In this document: positions 50,370 to 63,290 of the stretch, piece after piece
Layout: each line of letters opens with the position of its first letter
Numbering within the stretch: position 1 is the stretch's first letter
From: Mobula hypostoma
Lineage: Eukaryota
Direction of reading: 5' to 3'
NCBI RefSeq assembly: GCF_963921235.1
Contig: NC_086098.1
Coordinates: forward strand, 3,782,001 to 3,846,000
Length of the DNA stretch: 64,000 nt
Notes under the pieces: model-generated
Seen by the model: only the letters and a program-made list of their open reading frames with translations
What the model was told of the DNA's origin: nothing
The model's database searches: none
Translations under genes and position numbers: made by a program

Positions 50370-51090
50370 GAAACATAGAAAACCAACAGCACAATATAGG
50401 CCCTTCGCCCCACAATGCTGTGCTGAACATTTACTTACTTTAGAAATTACCTAGGGTTACCCATAGCCCTCAATTTTCTAAATTCCATGTACCTATCCAG
50501 GAGTCTCTTAAAAGACCCTATCGTATCCGCCTCCACCATCATCACCGGCAGCCCATTCCACGTACTCACCACTCTCTGCGTAAAAAAACTTACCCCTGAC
50601 ATCCCCTTTGTACCTAATTTCAAGCAACTTAAAACTGCCCTCTCATGTTAGCCATTTCAGCCCTGGGAAAAAGCCTCTGACTATCCACATGATCAATGCC
50701 TCTTATCATCTTGTACACCTCTATCAGGTCACCTCTCATCCTCCATCGCTCCAAGGAGGAAAGGCCAAGTTCACCCAACCTATTCTCGTAAGGCATGTTC
50801 CCCAGTCCAGGCAATATCTTTGTAAATTTCCTCTGCACCCTTTCTATAGATTCCACATCCTTCCTGTAGTGAGGCGACCAGAACTGAGCACAGTAGTCCA
50901 AGTGGGGTCTGACCAGGGTCCTATATAGCTGTAGCATTACCTCTCGAATCTTAAACTCAATCTCACGGTTGATGAAGGACAATGCACTGTATGCCTTCTT
51001 AGTCATGCAGTCAACCTGCGCAGCAGCTTTGAGTGTCCCATGGACTCGGACCCCAAGATCCCCCTGATCCTCCACACTGCAAAGAGACTT
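50370..51090 (-). mobile_element. CR1 3' fragment
   Basis: LVRPHLDYCAQFWSP...RGDLIEVYK; CATAGAAA tail. Confidence 0.85.
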
Positions 51091-51656
51091 ACTTTGGTGG
51101 AGATGCATATCCACCCCTCCACCCCTCATGTAATTGTTGATGGTTCTGGTCAAGAATGGTCTCACCCTGAAACCTTGATCCCATCCATAGATGCCGCCTG
51201 ATCTGCTGAGCTCCTTCAGCATTTTCTGTGTGTTGCTCAAAATTTACAGCATCTGCAAAATCTCTTGTGTTTTTAATTAACAATTGTGCTCTTCTGAGTC
51301 TTTCAGAAGTGCCCAAAAGCACATCTTGAACATTGACCCATTGGTAAAATGAAAAGCCAATTGTTAAACAGCAGTCCCTGTCACTAACTTGTACATCATA
51401 ACATCCCACAGACCCTGTCATTAACTTGTACATCGTATCGTCCCACAGACCCAGTTACTAACTTGTACATCGTAACGTCCCACAGACCCTGTTACTAACT
51501 TGTACATCGTAACGTCCCACAGACCCAGTTACTAACTGGTACATCATAACGTCCCACAGACCCAGTTACTAACTCGTACATCGTAACGTCCCACAGACCC
51601 AGTTACTAACTTGTACATCGTAACGTCCCACAGACCCAGTTACTAACTTGTACATC

Positions 51657-53803
51657 AGCACCTCTGCTCCGTTCGCCACAACAGACAGGATCTCCTGGTT
51701 GCCACCCACTTCAACTCTGCTTCACATTCCCATTCGGATACAGGTTTCCCCCGCCATCCGAAGGTAGAGCGTTCCTATGAAACAGTTCATAAGCTGGAAT
51801 ATCGTAAAGCGAAGAAGCAATTACCATTTATTTATATGGGAAAATTTTGTGAGCGTTCGCAGACCCAAAAATAAACTACCAAATCATGCCAAATAACACA
51901 TAAGACCTAAAATAACAGTAACATATAGTAAAAGCAGGAATGACATGATAAATACACAGCTTATATAAAGTAGAAATACTTTTCCACAATCATTGCCTGA
52001 ACTGTTCTCCGTAGGGAAAATCTCACGCAAGCGCTGTTGGCAAAAACACGGCGCAAGCGCTCTGCAGTAACCCTAAGCTATGAAACTGCCAAATCATACC
52101 TAATAACACGTAAAAATACACAGCCGATATAAAGTAGAAATAATGTATGTCCAGTGTAGTATCACTTACCGGAATTGAGAAAGCGCCGAGCACACTGATG
52201 GTGGTGTGTTAGACTACGTCATCGGAGGTCGGGGTGGTGCAGTGGCCCCCAGCCTCCAGGCTGCCGACCGATACTGATTCGCGAAGCATGCAGCGGTAGC
52301 CGGGAGGCACACAGCACATCTTTAAGAAAAAAGCCAAAATAAACATGCTAATTAATTAGGTGCTGTCCGGCACGTAATTGTCGGCCCAGATCATTGCCGA
52401 TTGCGTCGCCTCTGATCTGGGCCGACAATTATGTGTCGGGCGGCACCTAATTAATTAGCATGTTTATTTCGGCTTTTTTTTCTTAAAGATGTGCTGTGTG
52501 TCTCCCGGCTACTGCTGCATTCTCCGCGAATCGGTATCTGTCCGCGGCCTGGGCGTTGGGGTGGTGGGACACTGGGGTGTCATCTCGTCGTCTGTTTCCA
52601 TTAGAACAGGCAGCTCATCTTCTTCTATGTCTGCCCGCCTCGATGTCGAAGGTCAAGGTTCGTCGTCTGCTGTGGCTGATGTGGAAGGCCTGCTTGACTG
52701 CTGAGCCTCGCGCATTTTTCTATCATACAGTTCCTTGTAAGCACTCAAACCATCCTGCAAATATCCCCTAAACCGACGTACCCTTTCAAAATTAAAGTCG
52801 TACTTTAACATTACTCATTTGGTTTCGATTGTTGTCCTTTCCTCTTCCAATTACATTAGCTCTTCATCTATCAGTTCTTGGTCATGAGATGCCAAAATCT
52901 CTTCAACATCATCTTCGTCAGCTTCCACAAGCCAAACTCATGTTGTCCTTACTTCGTTCACCATGATCGAAACACTTAATTATGTCTAGTTTTATGCTAA
53001 GTGTAACACCCTTACGAGCTCTTTCAGGCTTTTCCGACACCTTAGAACTCAACTTGCTAATGGCTGCTCACAGGCACGTGTTTAAGCAATGCCAGCGAGA
53101 ATGCAGTTCCGAATCCGGGGGGAATGTGGCTGCTCGGGGCGCGTGCTGCCTTTTATCGTGCGCTGATTTTTTCGTAACAGTGAAAACACCTTCTGTTAGC
53201 GAAAACAGGGTACTAATGTAGGTCTTTCGTAACAGTGAGGTTTCGTAAAGCAAACGTTCGTAAAGCAGGGGACACCTGTATGTCCATACATGGTCTCCTC
53301 TACTGCCATGATGAGGCTAAACTCAGGTTGGAGAAGCAACACCTCATATACCGTCCAGGTAGTCTCCAGCCACTTGGTATGAACATAGAATTCTCCAACT
53401 TCTGGTAATTCCCTCCCCCTCCCTTCCCCTATCCCTATGTCACTCTGCCCCCTCCCCCAGCTGCCTATCACCTCCCTCATGGTTCCGCCTCCTTCTACTA
53501 CCCATTGTGCTTTCCCCTATTCCTTCTTCACCTTTCCTGCCTATCACCTCCCTGCTTCCCCTCCCCCACCCCTTTATCTTTCCCCTTACTGGTTTTTCAC
53601 CTGGAACCTTCCAGCCTTCTCCTTCCCACCCTCCCCCCACCTTCTTTATAGGGCCTCTGTCCCTTCCCTCTTCAGTCCCGACGAAAGGTTCCGGCCTGAA
53701 ACGTTGACTGATCATTTCCACTGATGCTGCCCGACCTGCTGAGTTCCTCCAGTGTGTTGTGAGTGTTGCTTTGACCCCAGCTTCTGCAGAGTATTTTGTG
53801 TTT
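51657..53803 (+). mobile_element. Penelope 3' fragment split by Tigger insertion
   Basis: HL.SVR...QDLLVATHFNSASHSHSD|MSIHGLLYCHDEAKLRLE continues across the insertion. The hammerhead at 53674-53709 has a CCGACGA core change. Confidence 0.85.
51741..53278 (-). mobile_element. Tigger/pogo-type non-autonomous DNA transposon
   Basis: TA duplication on both sides; TIRs CAGGTTTCCCCCGCCATCCGAA / CAGGTGTCCCCTGCTTTACGAA; transposase C-terminal remnant EADEDDVEEILASHDQELIDEELM on minus. Confidence 0.85.
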
Positions 53804-54765
53804 ACAACTTGTACATCGTAACGTCCCACAGACCCTGTCACTAACTTGTACATCATAAGGTTCCACAGACCTGTCATTAACTTGTACATCATAAGGTCCC
53901 ACAGACCCTGTCGCTAACTTGTACATCATAACATCCCATAGACCCAGTCATTAACTTGTACATCATAACGTCCCACAGACCCTGTCACTAATTTGTACAT
54001 CGAAATGTTCCACAGACCCTGTCATTAACTTGTACATCATACCGTCCCACAGACCCAGTTACTAACTTGTACATTGTAACATCCCACAGACCCAGTCATT
54101 AACTTGTACATCATAATGTCCCACAGATCCTGTCACTAACTTGTACATTGTAACATCGCACAGACCTGTCATTAACTTGTACATCGTAATGTCGTACAGA
54201 CCCTGTCATTAATTTGTACATCGTAATGTTGCACAGACCCGGGCACTAACTTGTACATAGTGAGGTCCCACAGATGTCTATCTACTGAACTTGGATCAAT
54301 TGGTGGTCTTGCCGGAAGATGGTTTCAACCAGGAACTTATGAAATCTGCAAAAGAAAGAAAATCTAGGAGTTAAGCAGCCTGAGTGGGAGAGAATCTGAA
54401 ATAAGTTCAGGACCCTTCAATAGAACTGGAAAAGTGAGAGGACAGGAATGCAGAGAGGGGGAAGTTGGAAAGAACAGAGGGTATGTCTGTGATAGCTTGG
54501 GAAGAGTCACAATTACTTGAACAGCTGGTCAATAGAAAGGGAAAATGAAACATATCAGGACAGAAAAGTAGACACATCAGGAACAGAGAGGATGAGAAGG
54601 AAGGGGTGAGGGTGGGAGAGGATGAGAGAGGGGGTGAGTGAGAAAGGGAGGGGAAGGGTAAGTGGGGAAGAGAGAAGGTGAGGGTGGGAGAGGGTGCTAG
54701 AGGGAAAGGAAGGGAGAGTAGGAAAAGGAGAGTGCAGGAGAGGGGTAGAGAGGGAGAGGGTGAGT

Positions 54766-54767
<2 letters not shown>

Positions 54768-54800
<33 letters not shown>
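54768..54800. repeat. (AG)n microsatellite at end of purine-rich tract
   Basis: Seen directly in the sequence. Confidence 0.9.
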
Positions 54801-54801
<1 letters not shown>

Positions 54802-54834
54802 AGAAAATATTACCTGAAATTATTACATTTATAT

Positions 54835-55355
54835 TCTACATCTGGTCCCCTCACTACAGGAAGAATGTGGAAACCATAGAAAGGGTGCAGAGGAGATTTA
54901 CAAGGATGTTGCCTGGGTTGGGAAGCATGCCTTATGGGAATAGGTTGAGTGAACTCGGCCTTTTCTCCTTGGAGCGACAGAGGATGAGAGGTGACCTGAT
55001 AGAGGTGTATAAGATGGTGAGAGGCATTGATCATGTGGATAGTCAGAGGCTTTTTCCCAGGGCTGAAATGGTTGCCACAAGAGGGCACAGGTTTAAGGTG
55101 CTGGGGAGTAGGTACAGAGAAAATGTCAGGGTAAGTATTTTACCCAGAGAGTGGGGAGTGCGTGGAATGGGCTGCTGGCAGCAGTGGTGGAGGCGGATAT
55201 GATAGGGTCTTTTAAGAGACTTCTGGATAGGTGCATGAAGCTTAATGAAATAGAGGGCTATAGGTAAGCCTAGTAATTTCTAAGGTAGGGACATGTTCGG
55301 CACTACTCTGGGCCAAAGGACCTGTATCGTGCTGTAGGCTTTCTATGTTTCTATA
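54835..55355 (+). mobile_element. CR1 3' fragment
   Basis: ERVQRRFTRMLPGL...RGDLIEVYK; TTTCTATG tail. Confidence 0.85.
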
Positions 55356-57548
55356 TTAATTCCGAACAGCCGCACTATTCTTCAATGATAGATGAGTTGC
55401 AGTTCTTCGAGTTGGCATGGAACACTATAGGAAGCCAGTGAGCTCAGGGTGAGAGTGAAGGTGACAGGAGGATGAAAACTCAGGGCATCCTTACAGACTG
55501 AATGGACGTCTTCTTAGATGTAGTCACCCAACCTGCTTTCAGCTTCTCCAATACAGAGCGCATTCTGTGAGCACAGAATGCAGCGCATGACGTGGGAACA
55601 GGACTGAATCGGGTCCCTGGAGAATGTGGAGGGAAGAAGGTATACAGGCAGATGTTGCATCTTCCACATGGAAATGTTGCTGAGAAAAGGGGAGCGGTTG
55701 GTGGAGATTGAAGAAAGGACATCGAAAAATACAGTTGATTTGACATAGTTTATGTCAGATGAAATCAGTGAGGATTGGGCTGGGCAGCCCACAATTGCCA
55801 CCATTCTTCCGGCACCAACATCGCTTGCCCACAACTTATCGACTCTAATCTGTATGCCTTTGGAATTCAAAGTAAATTTATTGTCAAAGTACATACATAT
55901 CTGCATATACTACCCTGAGATTCTTTTTCTTGTGGGTACAAAGAAACAAAATTGCAACAATGAAAAAACTGCACATAAACAAAGATGGACAAACAACCAA
56001 TGTTCAAAAGACAACAAATTGTAGAAATATGAAAAGGAAAACCAAATAATGACAATAAATTTAAAAATCATAAGTAAAGAAATAAATTAGAGCCTGAGAA
56101 GATAACCCATATACGGAGTTGCAGAATGTAGATACATAGTAATTGTCCTACAGAAAGGCCATTCAGCCCATAGATTCTGCTCTGCCATTTCATCAAGGCT
56201 GATCGATTTCCCTCTTACCCCTATTCTCCTGCCTTCTTCCCATAATCTTTTATACCCTGACTAATCAAGAACCTATCAATCTCTGGCTTAAGTATACCCA
56301 ATGGCCTGGCCTCCACAGCTGTTTGTGGCAATGAATTCCATAAATTCATCCCCCTCTGGCTAAAGAAATTCCTCCACATCTCCGTTCTAACTAGACATCC
56401 CTTTATCCTGAGGCTGTGCCTCCTGGTCCTTGACAACCCCACATCTTCTCCATGTCCACTCTATCTAGGCCTTTCAATATTCGATTGGTTTCAATGAGAT
56501 CTACCTGCCCGCACCCTGCTCCCCCTCCCAATTCTAAACTCCAGCAAATACTGGCCTGGAGCCATTAAGCACTCCACATATGATAAATCTTTCATTCCTG
56601 ATATCATTCTCTGAGCCGTCTCCAATGTCAGCACAGATAAGGGACCTAAAACTGCACAATATGCTCCATGTGAGTCCTCACCAGTGCCATATAAAGTCTC
56701 AGCATTACATCCTTGCTTTTATATTCTAGTCCTCTTGGGTGGGGGGGGTGTGGGAATGGATGATAATGATACTGAAATTGTAAAGAATAAAAGGACTACT
56801 TCGAAATATTAAATTGAATAAACACGGTAAGTGAGGGAATATTAAGAACCTATAGCATCTTCGAAGTGGATAACTTGCCACGTCTGGATGAAGTATTGTC
56901 ACTGTCTGCTTAAAAAAAGCACAACAGAGGAAATTGTGAAGGTTCTGATCATCATTTCCAGTCCCTCTTGATATGGGAATGGTGCCAGAAAACTGGAGGG
57001 TTGTTAATTTTTCACCATTGTTTGAAAATGGAGAAGTGGATAAACAGAGCAATTACAGGCAAGTTAGTTTAACCATTACTGGGTGAGTTATTTGAATCAA
57101 TGCCCAGGAATGATACAAGCTGTTCAGAAAGGTACGGATTAATCAAGGACCTTCAATGTGCTGTGAAAGAATAACACTGAATTTTTAGAGGAGACAACAA
57201 GTCGGGTTAATAAATTCAGTGCATTTGATATAATTTACATAGTTTCAGGAAAGCTTTTTATGGGGTCCTACGTAGAAGCTTATTTGGAGAGTAGGAGACC
57301 ACGGGATTCAAAGGAGAGTAGTAAAATGGATTAAAAATTGGCTCAATGACAAAGAGGTAGAAGTAGATGGAGTGGAAGATTGATACCATTGTGGTTAAAC
57401 AGAGTTCATTGCTTGGAGCCTTGATTTTTGCAATATACACTCAATGGCCACTTTATGAGAAACCTCCTGTTCCTAATAAAGTGGCCACTGAGTGTATGTT
57501 CATGGTCTTCTGCTGCCGTAGCCCATCCACTTCAACGTTTGATGTGTT

Positions 57549-60500
57549 AGACCACAAGACATAGGAGCAGAATTAGGTCACCTGGCCCATTGAATCTGCT
57601 CCACCATGCAGTCATGGCTGATCCATTTTTTCTATCTCCTCGTCAACCCCAGTTAACGGCCTTTTCTCCATAACCTTTGATGCCATGTCCAAACAAGAAC
57701 CTATCAATCTCTGCCTTAAATACACCCAACGACCTGGTCTCCACAGCTGCATGTGGCAATAAATTCCATAAATTCACCACCCTTTGGCTAAAGAAATTTC
57801 TCCTCATCTCTGTTTTGGAAGGGCGCCCCTTTATCCTGAGGCTGTGCCCTCTTGTCCTAGACTCTCCCACCATGGGAAAAATCTTTTTCACATCTACTCT
57901 GTCTAGGCCTTTCAACATTCAAAAGGTTTCAATGAGATCCCTCCCTCATCCTTCAGAATTCCAGCGAGTACAGACCCAGATCCATCAAACGTTCCTCATA
58001 TGATAACCCTTTCATTCCTGGAATCATCCTTGTGAACCTCCTCTGGACCCTCTCTAATGCCAGCACATCTTTTCTAAGAGGAGGGGCCTAAAACTGTTCA
58101 CAATACTCAAGGTGAGGCCTCACCAGTGACTTATAAAGCCTCAGCATCACATCCTTGCTTTTGTATTCTTGACCTCTTGAAATGAACGCTAACATGGCAT
58201 TTGCCTTCCTCACCACTGACTCAACCTGCAAGTTAACCTTCAGGGTGTTCTGCACGAGGATTCCCAAGTCCCTCTGCATTTCAGATTCCTGTATTTTCTT
58301 CCCATTCAGAAAATAGTCTGCACTTTAATTTCTATTACCAGAGTGCATGACCATGCATTTTCCAACATTGTATTTCATTTGCCATTTTCTTGCCCATTCC
58401 AATCTGTCTAAGTCCTGCATCCTACCTGTTTCCTCAACACTACCTGCGCCTCCACCAATCTTCGCATCATCTGCAACCTTGGCAACAAAGCCATCTATTC
58501 CATCATCTAAATCATTTATATATAGCCTAAAAAGAAGCGGTCCCAACACCGCCCCTGCGGAGCACCATTAGTTGCTGGCAGTCAACCAGAAAGGGATCCC
58601 TTTATTCCCACTCGATGCCTCCTACCAATCAGCCATTGCTCTAACCATGTCAGTAACTTTCCTGTAACACCATGGGCTCTTAACTTGGTAAGCAGCCTCA
58701 TGTGTGGCACCTTGTGAAAAGCCTTCTGAAAGTCCAGATATACAACATCCACTGCATCCCCTTTATCTATCCTACTTGTAATCTCCTCAAAGAATTCCAA
58801 CAGGTTTGTCAGGCAGGATTTTCCCTGAAGGAAACCACGCTGACTTTGTACTATCTTGTCCTGTGTCACCAAGTACTCCATCACTTCATCCTGAACAGTT
58901 GACTCTAACATCTTCCCAACCACTGAGGTCAGGCTAACTGGCTTATAATTTCCCATCTGCTGCCTTCCTCCTTTCTTAAAGAGTGGAGTAATCTTTGCAA
59001 TTTCCAGTCCTCTGGCACCATGCCAGATCCTAAAGATTTTTGAAAGATCATTTCTAATGCCACCACAATCTCTATTGCTACCTCTTTCAGAACCCTAGGA
59101 TGCAGTTCCTCTGGTCCGGGTGACTTATGTACCTTCAGGTCTTTCAGCTTTTTGAGCACCTTCTCTCTTGTAATAATAATTGCACCCACTTCTCTTCCTT
59201 CACACACTACATCAGGCATACTGATAGTGTCTTCCACAGTGAAACCTGATGCAAAATACTCATTTAGTTCATCAGCTATCTCCTTGTCCCCCGTTATTAT
59301 TTCTCCTGCCTTATTTTCTAGGGGTCCTATATCCACTATCATTTTTCTTTTGTTTTTAACATACTTGAAAATAAACTTTTACTATCCACTTTGATTTTAT
59401 TTGCTAGCTTGCTTTCATATTTCATCTTTTTCCTTCTAATGATTTTTTAAAATTTTTTTAATTTTTATTTGGATAAGGAATTAACAAGTATCATGAACTT
59501 TTTTCACATGTATAACTTTTTCCATTTTTTTAATATATGTATATAACTATAATTATTTATACAATCCTAAGTACACATTAAGATGATATAAAAAGAAATT
59601 AGACACTTAAATAGATAATTATGTGCAGTTGAAATTGTAGTTGTATGTAAGGCTATGTAACTACCATTGTAGATGTTTATATCCTAACTTGTTCATGTTT
59701 GCTCCTACCCCCAAACATAATTATCCAATCCCTATGTACTTATTTACTTAATTTTATCATTTTTTTATCCCTTTCCCAGATCCTTTCCTTTACTTGTGTT
59801 AATTCTCCATTTTCCAAAAAAAAGAAAACAAAAACAGTAAACATTTAGACCAGGGGTGCTTATGTTAGCAATATTACTGTGTTGATGAGAAGAGCAGTAT
59901 GAATCATTAGGAGAGTCATCTAAAGTCTGCTCGCTTTGGAGTTATATATTCAATCCATTTTTTCCAAACTTGATAAAATTTTTCTTTTTAAATTCTCAGA
60001 GAGTAAGTCATCTTTTCCATTTTAAATATTTCCAAGATAATTTCGTGCCAATCTTCTAATGTAGGTGGTATTGGATTTAGCCACTTTCTAGTGATTGATT
60101 TCTTACTTGCCGCTAAAAGGACCTGCAGCAACTTTATATCTTTCTTCTGTTCAAGAAACAATACATGCCCCAAATAGAGCGTCTCAAAGTTCTAATGATT
60201 TTTTTAGTTGCTCTCTGTAGCTTTTTAAAAACTTCCCAATCCTCTATCTTCTCACTAATTTTTGCTTCGTTGTAGGCCCTTTCTTTTGCTTTTACAATAG
60301 CTTTGACTTCCTTTGTCAGCCACGGTTGTACTATTTTATCATTTGAGTATTTCTTCATTTTTGGAAAACACATGTCCTGCACCTTTCTCATTTTCCCCAG
60401 AAACACAGGCCATTGCTGCTCTGCTGACATCCCTGCCAGCAGCTCCTTCCAATTTACTTTGGCCATATCCTCTCTCATACCACTGTAATTTCCCTTACTC

Positions 60501-60772
60501 CACTGAAATAATGCTACATCAGACTTTTCTTTCTCTTTAATTTCAAGTCGAACACAATCATATTGTGATCACTGGTTCCTAAGGGTTCTTTTACCTTGCC
60601 TCCGCTTCATTACATAACTCCCAATCCAGTATAGCTGATCCCCTTAGGCGCAACGACAAAATGCTCTAAAAAGTCTTCTCTTAGGCATTCAACAAACTCA
60701 CTATCTTGAGATCCATTACCAACCTGATTTTCCCAATTGACCTGCATGTTAAAATCTCCCATGATTACCATT
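57549..60772 (-). mobile_element. CR1 LINE ORF2 portion, interrupted by L1 fragment
   Basis: Motifs NYKPVSLTSV, LDFQKAF, LGPLLF, ADDAKIGG and LVRPHLEYC. Confidence 0.88.
59449..60189 (-). mobile_element. 5'-truncated L1 copy of same family as 6373-12187, with TSD
   Basis: Reverse complement of about 11355-12187. TSD TTCTAATGATTTTTT at 59434-59448 and 60190-60204. Confidence 0.9.
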
Positions 60773-61290
60773 CAGAGATGCTCTTCTGCATACCACTGTT
60801 GTAACTTGTGGTGATCATGGTCTTTCACCATGATTGTTCTTGGCAAATATTTCTACAGAAGTGGATTGTCATTGCTTCCTTCTGGGCAGTGTTTTTACAA
60901 TATAGGTGAACCCAACTATTATAATTACCCTTCAGAGATTGTCTGCCTGGCATCAGTGGTTGTTTAACTAGGGCTTGTGATATACTCCAGATGCTCATAT
61001 GACCATCCACCGCCTGCTCCATTGGCTTTTCGTGACCCTGATTGGGGAGGCTAAACAGGCATTACACCTTGCCCAAGGATGAACTGCAAGCTAGCGGAGG
61101 GAAGGAGTGCCCTACTTCTCCTTTAGTAGAAACAATCTCCCTCCACCGCCCAAGATTCTCCTTTGAACTCTCTTCTCCCTCCTGCCATCTGGCAAAAGGT
61201 ACTGAAGCATTCGGGCTGTCACAACCAGACTGCGTAACAGCTTCTTGCCCCAAGCCATTAGACTCCTCAATTCCCAGAGTCTAATATACA

Positions 61291-61348
61291 TATCTCTCTC
61301 TCTCTCTATCTCTATCTCTATCTCTATCTCTATCTCTATCTCTATCTC
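61291..61348. repeat. (TC)n/(ATCTCT)n microsatellite within a Rex-like 3' fragment
   Basis: Seen directly in the sequence. Confidence 0.85.
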
Positions 61349-62619
61349 ACCCACCCACCCCGGAACACCACTCCACTCCCTTTGCAATTTTTGCTCATTT
61401 CTTTCTCAATTCCTGCTAAAACATTGTTTACATTTACAAACGTTTGTATATCATTTATTATTATCTTGTAATTTGTCCTTTACTGTGCCTTCTGTCTTGT
61501 TTATTAATTATTGTACTGTCTTGCACTATTTTGTGCACTTTATGTAGTCCCGTGCAGGTCTGAAGTCTAGTGTAGTTTTGTGTTGTTTCATGTAGCACCA
61601 TGGTCCTGGAGGATCATTGTTTCGTTTTTATTGTGTACTGTACCAGCAGTTATGGTTGAAATGACAATAAAAGTGACTTGAACTTGAACTTATTGACAAG
61701 GCGTTTTCACCCACTGAACTGCCACTCACAGGATGTTTTGTTTTTCACACCATTCTCTGTAAACTCCAGAGAGTGTTGTGCATGAAAATTCCGGGGGGCC
61801 AGCAGTTTCTCAGATACTAAAACCATGCCATAAGACCATAAGACATAGGAGCAGAATTAGGCCAATCAGCCCTTCGAGTCTGCTCCACCATTCCATCATG
61901 GCTGATCCCGGATCCCACTCAACCCCTTACACCCCATACTGAAGCCATATCCTTTGATGCTTGACCAATCAGGAAACAATCAACTTCCACCTTAAATATA
62001 TGCATGGACTGGGCCTCCACCTTGGTCTGTGGCAGAGCATTCCACAGATTTACTATTCTCGGGCTAAAAAAGATTCTCACCTCCATGCCCTAACAATCAT
62101 TCCATGGTCAAAGTCAATTAGATCACATATAAGATCATAAGATATAGGAGTAAAATTAGGCTATTTGGCCCATCTAGTCTTCTCTGCCATTTCATCATGG
62201 CTGATCCACTTTTCCTCTCAGGCCCAATCTCCTGCCTTCATGCCCTGACCAGTCAAACCTCTCCAGCATCGTTTTCCAGTGGTCCAATATCTACTCTTGC
62301 CTCTCTTTTACTCTTTATGTATCTGATGAAACTTTTGGTACCATCTTTAATATTTCATTTCTAACCCATTCGGAATAACTGAATCTCTTGGCCATGTCTG
62401 GATGCTTTTATGCATTGAGTTTCTGCCACATGATTGGCTGATTAGATATTTGCATTAATGAGTAGGTGTACCTAATAAAGGGGCCTCTGAGTGTACATTT
62501 AGTGATGTAGAAGAGAAAAGGTAGAGGGAATATTGGAATTCCCCTGATAAAATGAAATTCGACCATGTGGACAGTGGGGAAGAAAGTTGTGATTTCAGGA
62601 AGTTATTATGGTCTATTAT

Positions 62620-63290
62620 GATGACCATTCACTTTCAAACATTGTATTTCATTTGCCACTTCTTTACCCATTCCCTTAAACTATCTAGGTCTCTCTGCTG
62701 GCTCTCTATTTCCTCAACACTACCTGCTCCTCCATCTATCTTTGTATCATGGGCAATTTTATCCACAAATCCATTAATACCGTAGTCCAAACCATTGACA
62801 TACATTGTAAAAAGCCGCGGTCCTAACACCGACGCCTGTGGAACACCACTAGTAACCGGCAGCCAGCCAGAATCGGATCCCTTTATTCCCACTCTCTGTT
62901 TTCTGCCGACCAGCCAATGCTCCACCCACGCTAGTAACTCCCCTGTAATTCCATGGGCTGTTACCTTGCTAAGCAGCCTCATGTGCGGCACCTTGTCAAA
63001 GACCTTCTGAAAATCCAAGTACACCACATCTACTGCATCTCCTTTGTCTACCCTGCTTGTAATTTCCTCAAAGAATTGTAGTAGGTTTGTCAAGCAGGAT
63101 TTTCTTTTCAGGAAACCATGCTGGCTTTGGCCTATCTTATCATGTGCCTGCAGGTACTCCATAATCTTATCCCTAACAATCGATTCCAACAACTTCCATC
63201 CACCGATGTCAGGCTAACAGGTCTATAGTTTCCTTTCTCTTGCCTCCCACCCTTCTTAAATAGCAGAGTAACATTTGCAATTTTCCAGTA
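62620..63290 (-). mobile_element. CR1 RT fragment
   Basis: ORF 62635-63192 with QHGF, LDFQKVFDKVPH and GVPQASVLGP. Confidence 0.85.

Larger units (their letters stand above)
51372..54275. repeat. 37-bp minisatellite (CCCACAGACCCAGTTACTAACTTGTACATCGTAACGT) in two blocks, 51372-51656 and ~53805-54275
   Basis: Head-to-tail copies split by a Penelope fragment. Confidence 0.9.
57438..62493 (-). mobile_element. Tc1-type non-autonomous element fragmented by later insertions
   Basis: Pieces at about 57438-57548, 60773-60812, 61693-61828, 62083-62128 and 62365-62493 are collinear with the reverse complement of 33756-34320. TA lies at both outer ends. Confidence 0.72.

Noticed and set aside
51372..54275. 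37-bp repeats as a CRISPR array
   Set aside because: Units are head-to-tail with no unique spacers, there are no cas genes, and the context is eukaryotic.
54280..54360. Possible minus-strand exon after a strong acceptor (ttctttcttttgcag)
   Set aside because: Short frames end in stops and show no recognisable similarity to UFL1 or any other protein I know.
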